Virus record (IMG/VR): IMGVR_UViG_3300030379_000406
Source: a virus
Lineage: Duplodnaviria > Heunggongvirae > Uroviricota > Caudoviricetes
Length of the DNA: 28,449 nt
Direction: 5' to 3' (one strand)
Notes under the pieces: generated by a model
What the model was told of the DNA's origin: nothing
The model's input: only the letters and a program-made list of their open reading frames with translations
Databases searched by the model: none
Shown: positions 1-8,693 of the stretch, piece after piece
Position numbering within the stretch: position 1 is the stretch's first letter
How the letters are laid out: the number at the start of each line of letters is the position of its first letter
Translations under genes and position numbers: made by a program

Positions 1-19
1 CTATTTGATAAATATTAAA

Positions 20-1315
20 TTAATTTTTCATTGCTTCGTTATGGGGCATGGTTGGGGCAAACTCGCTTAACTGTGTATTTAACAAAGCTACCTGTGCATT
101 ATTGTTTTCAGACATCCATTTTCCGTATACCTGAAATACCATTTGCGCATCTGCATGGCCCATCTGGTTTGCTATAAATGCCGGGTTAGCACCAGCTGTC
201 AGCGACCAGCAGGCATAAGTATGTCTCGACTGATATGATTTTCGATGGCGGAGTCCGGCACGTTTTATCGCTGCGTCCCACATCTGCCTTATTGAGTCAA
301 CGGTAAAATGGTCACCATAATTTTTTACTCTCGCTGACACTTCAGGTTGAAAAACAAAGGTGCATTTTTGTTTTTCTGTTCTGCCATACTCTCTGAGGTG
401 AACATCAATGATATGCTCTTTGCTCAGTCTCGTTAATGTCATCTGACTCCGGAGAGCGTCGATTGCTGGCTTAATAAGATGAATGACCCGATTGGTTCCC
501 GCCTGTGTTTTTGGTACCGTGAAACGGTCTTTTGCTAAATTTCTCCTGATCATCATTGTTCCATTTTTCAGATCTATGTCCTCCCATCCAAGTGCACACA
601 GCTCACCAGGGCGAACTCCAGTATAAACAGAAACACACCATAAATTTTTTGCTTGCTGATTTCTGCACGCATCGATAAGACGGATAAATTCTTCCCGCGA
701 AAGAGGATCCGGAATGGTTCTTGATTCCTTTAATGGCGAGATCCCCTTAAACGGATTATCTGCCAGGTAACCGTTATCAACACCAAACTGGAACACGGCG
801 TTAAGATTTGTCATGTAATTATTTACAGTTACAGCCGATCTCCCTGGTTGTGTAACAATATAGTTACTTTTGGGGATCTGGTATCCAGTCAGTAACTCTT
901 TACGAACCTCCAGTAATTTTTCTTTATTAATCGATGAGGCAAGATTTTTTTCACCGATTATGCTCAGGATATTTTTGATGACGGCACGGTATGTGTTGAG
1001 TGATGTTTTGGCGACTTCAGTTTCTTTCAGTGCCAGAAATTTTTCAGCCAGTTCTTTTATGGTTAAATCTTGTCGGGCCTCACCAAATTTTTCCAGATTG
1101 CGTGAGGAGGGAAACTGTTTTGCATAGTCGAAAACACCAGTTTTTATTGCGTAACAAACAGAGGAGCGTAGTTCACCTGCAACGCGCCTGTTTTTTGCTG
1201 TGTCAGGAACCCCCAGATTTTCCCTGACTCTTACGTCTTTATAAACAAACCAGATACGTAATTTCCCTCCATGGTTTTCCACGCCTGTCGGATATTTCAT
1301 TTCAACTTCTCTCAT
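20..1315 (-). CDS. int: Phage tyrosine integrase (site-specific recombinase)
   Basis: 431-aa ORF; C-terminal catalytic region shows the tyrosine-recombinase pattern (SRHTYACW...GHADAQMVFQVYGKW) with conserved R/H-x-x-R/Y; sits at the prophage edge immediately downstream of an xis-like gene, as in lambda. Confidence 0.85.
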   Translation of the reverse strand: MREVEMKYPTGVENHGGKLRIWFVYKDVRVRENLGVPDTAKNRRVAGELRSSVCYAIKTGVFDYAKQFPSSRNLEKFGEARQDLTIKELAEKFLALKETEVAKTSLNTYRAVIKNILSIIGEKNLASSINKEKLLEVRKELLTGYQIPKSNYIVTQPGRSAVTVNNYMTNLNAVFQFGVDNGYLADNPFKGISPLKESRTIPDPLSREEFIRLIDACRNQQAKNLWCVSVYTGVRPGELCALGWEDIDLKNGTMMIRRNLAKDRFTVPKTQAGTNRVIHLIKPAIDALRSQMTLTRLSKEHIIDVHLREYGRTEKQKCTFVFQPEVSARVKNYGDHFTVDSIRQMWDAAIKRAGLRHRKSYQSRHTYACWSLTAGANPAFIANQMGHADAQMVFQVYGKWMSENNNAQVALLNTQLSEFAPTMPHNEAMKN

Positions 1316-1334
1316 TAGTTAGTGTGGCTTTTAG

Positions 1335-1586
1335 TCAAGTAAGATGACGTCTTGGTCTCGCTGATGCCTGGCGCTCAATCCAGCGATCAATTTCTTCCAG
1401 GTTGTAAAAGCATGGACTGTTATCCCATGGCATACCGTCATGAGCGACATGCTTATATTCCCTTCCTTCCATAAACGATTTTTCCCGGGCCTTTTTTAAC
1501 GTACCTTTTTTTATTCCTTTCAGCGCAATTAACTGCTCTTCGGATACCCATTTGCCGGGAGAGACAATCATGATTACTTCGCTCAT
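1335..1586 (-). CDS. xis: Excisionase-like small DNA-binding protein
   Basis: 83-aa basic ORF directly upstream of int on the same strand (lambda-like xis-int arrangement); start could be the internal Met (MIVSPGK...). Confidence 0.55.
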   Translation of the reverse strand: MSEVIMIVSPGKWVSEEQLIALKGIKKGTLKKAREKSFMEGREYKHVAHDGMPWDNSPCFYNLEEIDRWIERQASARPRRHLT

Positions 1587-1658
1587 CGATTTCTTTATCT
1601 CTTACATCAGACGAGCGCCGGTTGCAGAATACCAGTCACAACCGGCGACAGTTGAACA

Positions 1659-4130
1659 TTAAGAATCAGCCTGACTCGGGATCAGTTTTTGCCAGATAAC
1701 TGAAACGTATTTTGCCTGGTAACGGGCGTCATCAAGTGCATTATGGCGCTCACCTTCGAATGGAATAGCCGTTCTGGCATCGAAGTCTATGGCTTTCCCC
1801 AGCTCAACGATTGTGCGTACATCGCGATCGTTGTAGTAACGCCACGGGCAGGGGATCCCCTGCCGTTCGTATGAACGGCGCAAAATCGTGTTGTCGAAGT
1901 TGGCTCCATTTCCCCAAACCTGAACAAAAAATTCACCGGAGTTTTCGTCGATAAATTCTCGCAATTGTAACAGTGCATCATCTAACGGGATTTCATCGGT
2001 CATAATGGCAGATTGCGCTTCGCGTGATTGCTTAAGCCACCATTTAATGGTGTCCCGATCAATGACTCCGCCAGCAGTTTCCAGATCGATAGTCTTACTA
2101 AATTCCGGTCCCATATCTCCGGTTTGCGGATCGAAAAATATTGCACCTATTGAGATGATCGGGGCATCAGGATTTTTTCCCATGGTTTCAAGGTCGATCA
2201 TTAGATGGTCACACGTCCTGCTGGTGGATGTGATTTCGTGATGACCGTTCACCTTAATTGGGTGATCTGCCGTCTCGCCAGTTTCATTATCGCTATTGTG
2301 ATGCTGATTGCCGCCAGTGTTCTCCTTGTGTGGATGTTCAGCGCCTTCCATTTCCTCCGGATCATCTTCCTGAACTTCAACCTGATACTCTTCATCGAAT
2401 GTTTCTTGGTATGTTGCGTCGCCCATCACCGCGCCACAATCAGGGCAGTTGCCGCCGCCGGTCTGACCGCAGGCGGTGCAGACTTTTTCCACTTCCTGTT
2501 GCGCTACTGGTTCAGGCTGTTTCGTTTCTGGCTCGTTTTGTAACGCATTTGGACTGTTTTGTTCCGCTTTTTGGTAGTTCCGTTCCGATTCATGCTGGTT
2601 CTGGTTCACAGAATCGCGGGTCTGGAGCCCCTTAACCCATTTCGGATCATTCGGGTCACTAATCCCTTCAACAAATTCACCACGTGATGCAGCAAGCAAC
2701 TTATCGGCGTCAGGCTGGCTGATATTGGCTGCCTGCATAATTTTGTTTACTTCGTCAGCGGTAACTTTTATCGGCTCTGGTTGTTCTGAATCTTCAGCGG
2801 TATCTACATTTTGCGGTAAGCCCGTGTATGTGCCATTTTTTCGGGCAAAATATTCTTCTTTTGTGATTTCAGTGGCGCCAGCAGCCAGTGCCTTATCCAG
2901 ACCAGAGAGTTTGTTTGCGCGACCGTATTTTTCTCCGTCCTTATCTGCGAAGAGGAAATAGAACGGCCCCTCACGCTCTACAGATGGTTCAGCTTCCGGC
3001 GCGGTTTCATTTTTTGGGATATCAGATACCTCAGTTTCCACTGCATCAGTTTGTGTTTCTGATGACTGGAGAACATCAACAGTGCCCAGGTCTGTTTCTT
3101 CATTCTCAAACACGCCCTTTGTCGTCAGGTATTCGCAGATATATTTGTTCAGTGCTACGGGATCTTTGTGAATGTCGATCGGACGCTCACGGACAAGGCC
3201 AAAAATAGTTTGGCGGTCGTAGCGAAGGGCATCAGGCTGTTTGCGCATTGATGCCGAGATACGCTTCCAGTCTTCGCGGTCGTTGTCGATAACTTCTTTT
3301 TTTGCCCAGCGATGGATGCTGCCGTCAATGTTTCCGGCATCCACATCACTAGGCCAGAGAGCGTAGGCCAGTTCGTCATCCAGTGTTTTCCATGTCTGCT
3401 TGTATTCGCGATGAATGGCAGCAATGACCGGGCTGATTTTTCCTGTTGAATTTTCAGTGTACTGTTGATTGGCTCTGGCGCGGGCGAGATCAACAACAGA
3501 CGTGTATTTTCCGGTTTCCTTGCGTTCACCTTCGCGACGTTTTTTCCAGATGCGCATCTCTGCCTGAATTTCGGGCCATTTAGCACCAGGAATACATTTA
3601 TGCTTAACCCACCCAATGGCGTGCAACTTAAGCTCCGGATACATGGCGTTAACTTCTGGCATTTTCATCAACGCTTCAACGATATGTCCGTCGAATGTTG
3701 CCATGTCTTCCTGCAACAATTCCTGTGCGCTAATAACCATATCAACGGTGATGTTTTCACATGTGTCGAACTTAACCATGACAGCGTTCTGTACTTCAGG
3801 GGCCAGCTTGTCAAAAGTGACGTTCATCGGATCGGATTCAGTCTCAACCGGGACAAAAGAAGCAGACTCCTCATCCCAGCGGTTTTCCTGCATATATTCA
3901 GCATCCCATGAATCGAGGGCAGGGCGGGGTATGCCAGGTTTATCCTCGCAGACAATAAATTTATAAGCGCAGTCCTGAGCAGCCGGATAATGTTCCAGGA
4001 ATTGCCAGTGAAATTTTGCTCGAGCACGGCGTTCGTCGCCAGCTTCAATGGCTGTGGCTACAGCCACAGCGCCTTCTTCCCTTGTTGCCAGTTCGTCAGG
4101 AATAGCGGCGCAAATAAAGACTTTACTCAT
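1659..4130 (-). CDS. RecE-like (exodeoxyribonuclease VIII family-like) protein with C-terminal DEDDh 3'-5' exonuclease domain
   Basis: Long ORF (835 aa from first ATG; likely start MSKVFICAA at 4130, preceded by GAGG). C-terminal ~200 aa carry DnaQ/RNase T-type motifs: Exo I MIDLETMG, Exo II GANFDNTIL, Exo III HNALDDARYQAKY. An internal CxxC-N6-CxxC zinc-ribbon (CTACGQTGGGNCPDCG) and acidic linkers are present. The mid-region motif DKLLAASRGEFVEGISDPNDPKWVKG matches my recollection of Rac RecE (unverified). Confidence 0.75.
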   Translation of the reverse strand: MSKVFICAAIPDELATREEGAVAVATAIEAGDERRARAKFHWQFLEHYPAAQDCAYKFIVCEDKPGIPRPALDSWDAEYMQENRWDEESASFVPVETESDPMNVTFDKLAPEVQNAVMVKFDTCENITVDMVISAQELLQEDMATFDGHIVEALMKMPEVNAMYPELKLHAIGWVKHKCIPGAKWPEIQAEMRIWKKRREGERKETGKYTSVVDLARARANQQYTENSTGKISPVIAAIHREYKQTWKTLDDELAYALWPSDVDAGNIDGSIHRWAKKEVIDNDREDWKRISASMRKQPDALRYDRQTIFGLVRERPIDIHKDPVALNKYICEYLTTKGVFENEETDLGTVDVLQSSETQTDAVETEVSDIPKNETAPEAEPSVEREGPFYFLFADKDGEKYGRANKLSGLDKALAAGATEITKEEYFARKNGTYTGLPQNVDTAEDSEQPEPIKVTADEVNKIMQAANISQPDADKLLAASRGEFVEGISDPNDPKWVKGLQTRDSVNQNQHESERNYQKAEQNSPNALQNEPETKQPEPVAQQEVEKVCTACGQTGGGNCPDCGAVMGDATYQETFDEEYQVEVQEDDPEEMEGAEHPHKENTGGNQHHNSDNETGETADHPIKVNGHHEITSTSRTCDHLMIDLETMGKNPDAPIISIGAIFFDPQTGDMGPEFSKTIDLETAGGVIDRDTIKWWLKQSREAQSAIMTDEIPLDDALLQLREFIDENSGEFFVQVWGNGANFDNTILRRSYERQGIPCPWRYYNDRDVRTIVELGKAIDFDARTAIPFEGERHNALDDARYQAKYVSVIWQKLIPSQADS

Positions 4131-4222
4131 TTGTTTTAACCTCATGACAGATTTAAGGATGAACAAATCCCTGCCATTGCTGGCATATAAGAATGAAACC
4201 GGATATTTATTACGGAACTGTT

Positions 4223-4414
4223 TTAAAGACCTGCCGGGATTTCGATATTATCCTGGTGAATAACTTTATCGACCGGGTAACAGTTACCGGGAATTTTCTG
4301 TTCGGTTGCTGCAGTCATACACTCCTGCATTGTCCTGTGAACACTGACTGCAATATCAACTGGCTCTCCGGAAACAAGAAAAACTGTCAGAACAAGCACA
4401 AATGCTGAATTCAT
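4223..4414 (-). CDS. Small predicted secreted/membrane-anchored protein (hypothetical)
   Basis: 63 aa from Met at 4414 (MNSAFVLVLTVFLVSG... hydrophobic N-terminal signal-like segment); AAGGA Shine-Dalgarno upstream; start overlaps the stop of the upstream minus-strand ORF (ATGA). Confidence 0.3.
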   Translation of the reverse strand: MNSAFVLVLTVFLVSGEPVDIAVSVHRTMQECMTAATEQKIPGNCYPVDKVIHQDNIEIPAGL

Positions 4415-4599
4415 TGTGCACATCCTTTTGGCATCAGACGTAAACGAGCCAGCATTGAAACAATGCATATTTTATTTAATAGCTCCCGTTCTTGTTTTCT
4501 CTTGTTAATGGCATCTTCAGTAAATACTGGGTTACTGATAGTGACACCAATTTCAAAACAACCTTCAGACGTATTAACGTTTGGTAATAACGTTTTCAT
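4411..4599 (-). CDS. Hypothetical small protein
   Basis: 62 aa from internal Met (MKTLLPNVNTSEG...), GAGG 8 nt upstream, stop overlaps the start of the next minus-strand ORF. It competes with the plus-strand ORF 4616..4924 for the same promoter space, so both calls are uncertain. Confidence 0.3.
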   Translation of the reverse strand: MKTLLPNVNTSEGCFEIGVTISNPVFTEDAINKRKQERELLNKICIVSMLARLRLMPKGCAQ

Positions 4600-4615
4600 T
4601 ATCGCGTCCTCAACA

Positions 4616-4924
4616 ATGAATTTTGTGATGCAGTGCCTGGTGCCTCCAGGTGACGTTAACCAGTTAACAATTAACGCCGGATACGGGGTATTCCCCTCTG
4701 AACAGGCGCGTAAGGACTGGCAAAACGCCCGCAAAAAACTCTCGAGGGCAAAGGTGAAGAAACCTGCTGTGGTTGATCCGGACCTTATCTGGTCATCACC
4801 TGACGGAGAAATACGTCGCTACGACAGTCGCCTAAACATAATCTGTCGCGAGTGCCGGAAGAGCGAAGTTATGCAGCGCATACTGGCTTTCTATCAGGGT
4901 AATTTTCAGGACGTGGCGCAGTGA
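4616..4924 (+). CDS. Hypothetical protein translationally coupled to the methyltransferase remnant
   Basis: About 102 aa from ATG 4616 (N-terminal part of the 153-aa tracked ORF looks non-coding); stop overlaps the GTG start of the downstream methyltransferase ORF (GTGA). Confidence 0.35.
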   Translation: MNFVMQCLVPPGDVNQLTINAGYGVFPSEQARKDWQNARKKLSRAKVKKPAVVDPDLIWSSPDGEIRRYDSRLNIICRECRKSEVMQRILAFYQGNFQDVAQ

Positions 4925-5367
4925 GTGCACCGGCAACCATTCTTGATATGTGCTGTGGCAGCCGCATGTTCTGGTTCGATAAGTCTGACGAACGGGCGAT
5001 ATTCAGCGATATCAGAAAAGAAGGATACACATTACGCAATGGGAGACGCTTGATTATCAGCCCTGACATTATCGCAGATTTTCGTGCATTATCATTTGCA
5101 GACGCATCTTTTTCGATGGTTGTATTAGACCCTCCGCATCTTGAGAGTGTTGGTGATAACGCCTGGATGGGAAAGAAATATGGACGGCTGAATAAAGATG
5201 CCTGGCGTGATGATTCGCGACAGAGATTTAAAGAAGCCTTTCGGGTGTTGAGGCCGCACGGCGTTCTGATTTTTTAATGGAATGAAACGCAAATACCGGT
5301 AAGCCAGATTCTGGCACTGACAGACAGAAAACCTGTTATCTGTCAACGAACAGGGAAAAAACGATAA
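4921..5367 (+). pseudogene. Phage-type DNA methyltransferase, disrupted (premature TAA at 5275-5277, then frameshift)
   Basis: N-terminal SAM-binding-like motif ILDMCCGSRMF and catalytic-like motif VLDPPH followed by RVLRPHGVLIF; reading frame stays open in-frame past the TAA (WNETQIPVSQILALTDRKPVICQRTGKKR) before a second stop, and further remnant in another frame to about 5410. Confidence 0.55.
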
Positions 5368-5510
5368 AACCCACTGGATTATTTTTATGAAAGAGGCATC
5401 CAGTGAGTAGATTCGTAAGGCTACAGATACGTATATCTGAATAATTAAATTCAGTTCTGTAAATAAAATTTAATCCTTAACCGGATGGATTTCTGCACCC
5501 TCAGAACATC

Positions 5511-5542
5511 AGGAGGCCGCCCGAAAGGGCGGTAGTGAAATG
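5511..5542 (+). promoter_or_regulatory. Translation initiation region: AGGAGG Shine-Dalgarno, 16-nt GC hairpin with GAAA loop, then ATG
   Basis: AGGAGG at 5511-5516; perfect 6-bp stem CCGCCC/GGGCGG with GAAA tetraloop at 5517-5532; ATG at 5540. SD-to-ATG spacing (~23 nt) is only workable if the hairpin folds. Confidence 0.4.
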
Positions 5543-5722
5543 CGAAAGTTCAAAATTATTATTGAAACGGGAATAGCTGGTGGAGATTTTGAGGATGTAT
5601 TCGAAGTGGACGATGACGCAACACCTGAGGAAATTCATGACGGAGCATAAGAAATTTTCTTTAACTACTGCAATTACTCATACCACGAAATAAAAGACGA
5701 TGAGGAAGAACAAAGTGGCTGA
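5540..5722 (+). pseudogene. Small ORF with single in-frame TAA (36 codons + TAA + 23 codons)
   Basis: MRKFKIIIETGIAGGDFEDVFEVDDDATPEEIHDGA-stop-EIFFNYCNYSYHEIKDDEEEQSG; frame stays open across the ochre codon at 5648-5650. Confidence 0.3.
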
Positions 5723-5891
5723 TTTTTGTTCAGCTAAATATAACATCAGTTTTGAAGAGCGGGATGAACTATTAATGGACTATGGTGAGTTACGCGGTGG
5801 AAGTGCTGCTGATGTCGAATCCTAGCGTGATGACTATGAAGCGGGAAAAACTCCGGTCGAAGCATATTGTGATGAGTGGGGCGATGAATGA
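5700..5891 (+). pseudogene. Small ORF with single in-frame TAG (41 codons + TAG + 21 codons)
   Basis: MRKNKVADFCSAKYNISFEERDELLMDYGELRGGSAADVES-stop-RDDYEAGKTPVEAYCDEWGDE; amber codon at 5823-5825; terminal TGA overlaps the ATG of the next ORF (ATGA). Confidence 0.3.
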
Positions 5892-6175
5892 GCGAGATTA
5901 ATTATCAGGAAGGGCATGAAACGGCGGGGCAAGCAAAACCAGTGGCATGGCGATATCGCTACGTGAAAAAAGGCGTTACGGACTTTCAGGGGAAGTAGTG
6001 GTCTGGTGACTGGAAATATGTACCGAAAAAAGAGGATTGTAACGACAGGCCGAACTATCAAATTCAGGCCTTATTCACTGCCTCACCAGTCCCAGTTACA
6101 TCAGAAGAACTGGTTAAAGCTGTGCACTTTTATGAACAACTAAAACGCGAAAATCCACCAACATCCGGCAACTAG
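5888..6175 (+). pseudogene. Small ORF with single in-frame TAG (36 codons + TAG + 58 codons)
   Basis: MSEINYQEGHETAGQAKPVAWRYRYVKKGVTDFQGK-stop-WSGDWKYVPKKEDCNDRPNYQIQALFTASPVPVTSEELVKAVHFYEQLKRENPPTSGN; amber codon at 5996-5998. Confidence 0.3.
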
Positions 6176-6429
6176 ATTAATGGATTAACTATGTCGGTTA
6201 AACGACCAGCCAACTGAAAAAGCGGAAACCTGATTACAGGTTGCCAGATAAGGCAATGAGCTACCTGGCGCGGAACGGACTGATAAGTATGGGGAATGTT
6301 TTACGATGAACCTTTAGACTAAAGAGTTTGTAACGCTATGTAAGTGATTTTTTCTGGTTTAGATATTTATATGTCCGGCCAAATTGAGGTGTGTTTAAAT
6401 GTAATTGCACATTGATTGTAGGAGGAATA

Positions 6430-6609
6430 ATGAAAAACGCATTGCAGTTTTTGTTTGTTGCGTTCTGGTTGTTCGCATCATGTATGCCCATCATCTTCAC
6501 AGCAAGGTATATGGAAAAAGTTGATGTTTTGATATTAATATTTGGATATATAAATGCCCTTTTTTTAGGGGTGTTCATGGCGGTCATGTGCATTGAATAC
6601 TGGCGGTAA
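6430..6609 (+). CDS. Small hydrophobic (two-TM-like) membrane protein, hypothetical
   Basis: 59 aa (MKNALQFLFVAFWLFASCMPIIF...); strong SD GGAGGA 5 nt upstream of ATG 6430. Confidence 0.45.
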   Translation: MKNALQFLFVAFWLFASCMPIIFTARYMEKVDVLILIFGYINALFLGVFMAVMCIEYWR

Positions 6610-6879
6610 ATACAGCGAACTCCATTGGTTTAGTTGGATATTTACTGTGCTGGACAAAAACGGTTTGCGGGGAAATCTTAGTTAAGTAGAATGACTGCGG
6701 GTGCTTGAGGCTATCTGCCTCGGGCATGGACACCAACGGCAGATAGAGAAAAGCCCCAGTTAACATTACGCGTCCTGCAAGACGCTTAACATTAATCTGA
6801 GGCCAATTTCATGCTAGACACATGTAGGTTAGCCTCTTACGTGCCGAAAGGCACGGAGAAGCAGGCTATTGTTAACACC

Positions 6880-8490
6880 AAGCTGTAATGTCCCCTTTGA
6901 ACCATTCTAAAATGTCCCCAGACAATTCTCTGGGGGATTTTTCATGATCAAAGAGACTGTTACGATGAGTCATAAGGAACTCCACCGACTTCAGATTATT
7001 CAGGAACAAGCTGCGGCACGCATTGGCATTTCTATTCGGCAGGTTAAACGTCTGGTGCAACGGTATAGAAATGAAGGGCCTTCTGGTCTGGTTTCCCACC
7101 GACGTGGAAAGCGTCCTAATAATTCCTTTTCTACTGAATTCAGAGCAACAGTAATTTCACTCCTCAAAGGCCGTTACGCTGATTTTGGACCTACGTTTGC
7201 GTGCGAAAAATTGCGCGAGATACACGGTTTATCTTTATCCGTTGAAACTCTCAGAAAGTGGATGATAGAAGAGGGGTTATGGCGTGAACGCCGTCGTAAA
7301 ATTGCCCGTATATATCAACGCCGCATGCGACGACCATCTTACGGTGAACTGATCCAGATTGATGGCTCACCTCATGACTGGTTTGAAAATCGAGGCCCCA
7401 GATGTACACTGATCGTTTTCATTGATGATGCCACCAGTGCGTTGATGGCGTTGCGTTTTGTGCCTGCTGAAACAACCCGGGCTTACATGGAAACCCTCCG
7501 GGGTTACCTTAATGATCATGGCGTACCGCTCGCTCTCTACTCTGATAGACACAGTATATTCAGGGTAAATAACCCAGAGCGGGAAGGTGAGCTGACCCAG
7601 TTCACTCGTGCGATAAAGACACTGGGCATCGAGCCAATCCATGCCAACAGCCCGCAGGCAAAAGGGCGGGTAGAGCGCGCCAATCAGACACTACAGGACA
7701 GGCTGGTCAAAGAAATGCGGCTTCAGAATATCAGTGATATTGAAACAGCAAATGCATGGTTGCCGACCTTTATTGAAGCCTATAACAACCGGTTCGCTAC
7801 GTCGCCTCGTACTACTGATAATGCTCATCTTGATGTGCACCATTCTGAAGAGGAACTGGGTTATATCTTCAGCCTACAGGCGAAGCGCGTTCTGTCTAAA
7901 AATCTCACTTTCCAGTACAAAAGCAGTGCGTTTCAGGTACGCAGTGAGGGCCGGGGATATCGACTTAGGCATTCGGTTGTTACTGTATGCGAGAACTTTG
8001 ACGGTGAAATTAACGTTCTGTATGACGGGAAAGCGCTGGGCTGGGAAAAGTATGTTGATGGCCCGGAGCCTATACCACTGGATGATGAAAAGAGTGTCCA
8101 TGAACGAGTGGATAATGCCCGTATTGATTTACGCTCAAAATACTATGTTAAACCTAAAGCTGACCATCCCTGGCTTACGCGCCGAACGCAAAGTCATCAG
8201 CAAGTTAAGCCCCCGAAGTTACCTAAAAAGAAGCCTGATCCCGATAAAAAAGATTGAAACCAAGATCGATTCGGTTGAGTGCATATCCATTCATAGGGTA
8301 GATTCTTAAGTCGCGTTTCTGGTGTTCATTTTCGGGTGGTTTGTTACTTGTTTTACCGGGGATATGCCAGAAACGCGCTGAGTCAGTCTGGGCGGTGCGC
8401 GTAATGAGGCGTTATGGTAAATAGCCTATGCTAATGTCCGCTAAGAGCAAGAAGCGGAAGTTGGCAGTTTTGTGGACTGTCCCCACAAAA
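6880..8490 (+). mobile_element. Putative insertion-sequence-like element around the rve transposase (boundaries approximate, terminal inverted repeats not identified)
   Basis: Single transposase ORF; short direct repeats TAATGTCC and TGTCCCCA occur on both flanks (6885-6920 and 8433-8486), but I could not define clean terminal inverted repeats. Confidence 0.3.
6944..8257 (+). CDS. DDE-type transposase/integrase with N-terminal HTH and rve (retroviral-integrase-like) catalytic core; IS481/ISNCY-like
   Basis: 437 aa; HTH-like N-terminus (IGISIRQVKRLVQRY); catalytic-core signatures IDGSPHDW, IFIDDATSA, YSDRHSIF, ANSPQAKGRVERANQTLQDRL (D-D-E with the G-x-x-E-R motif); basic Lys/Pro-rich C-terminal tail. 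Confidence 0.7.
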   Translation: MIKETVTMSHKELHRLQIIQEQAAARIGISIRQVKRLVQRYRNEGPSGLVSHRRGKRPNNSFSTEFRATVISLLKGRYADFGPTFACEKLREIHGLSLSVETLRKWMIEEGLWRERRRKIARIYQRRMRRPSYGELIQIDGSPHDWFENRGPRCTLIVFIDDATSALMALRFVPAETTRAYMETLRGYLNDHGVPLALYSDRHSIFRVNNPEREGELTQFTRAIKTLGIEPIHANSPQAKGRVERANQTLQDRLVKEMRLQNISDIETANAWLPTFIEAYNNRFATSPRTTDNAHLDVHHSEEELGYIFSLQAKRVLSKNLTFQYKSSAFQVRSEGRGYRLRHSVVTVCENFDGEINVLYDGKALGWEKYVDGPEPIPLDDEKSVHERVDNARIDLRSKYYVKPKADHPWLTRRTQSHQQVKPPKLPKKKPDPDKKD

Positions 8491-8693
8491 GTGACTACAG
8501 AAATAGTTGCAATTCATAATTGATCATGGGTTGTCAGTTAAACTCGTGGCGATTTAAATAGACTAATTGGGAGTGCGTCCATTACTTATATCTTGTAATG
8601 TTAACTATCAGAAATGATACAAAGATAATATGTCTTTAAAGAAAAGGCTGATGGCGAAAAGTGGCCCGATGAGGGCCACAATACGGCTGTCAC

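Noticed and set aside
2005-3966. Several 70-150-aa ORFs on the plus strand (and short minus-strand ones) inside the large exonuclease gene
   Set aside because: Fully nested within a long ORF with clear domain motifs; no start signals of their own.
6690-6860. GC-rich hairpin-rich segment considered as a tRNA or retron msr/msd
   Set aside because: No T-loop consensus or cloverleaf and no adjacent reverse transcriptase; kept only as a generic structured-region observation under the transposase finding.
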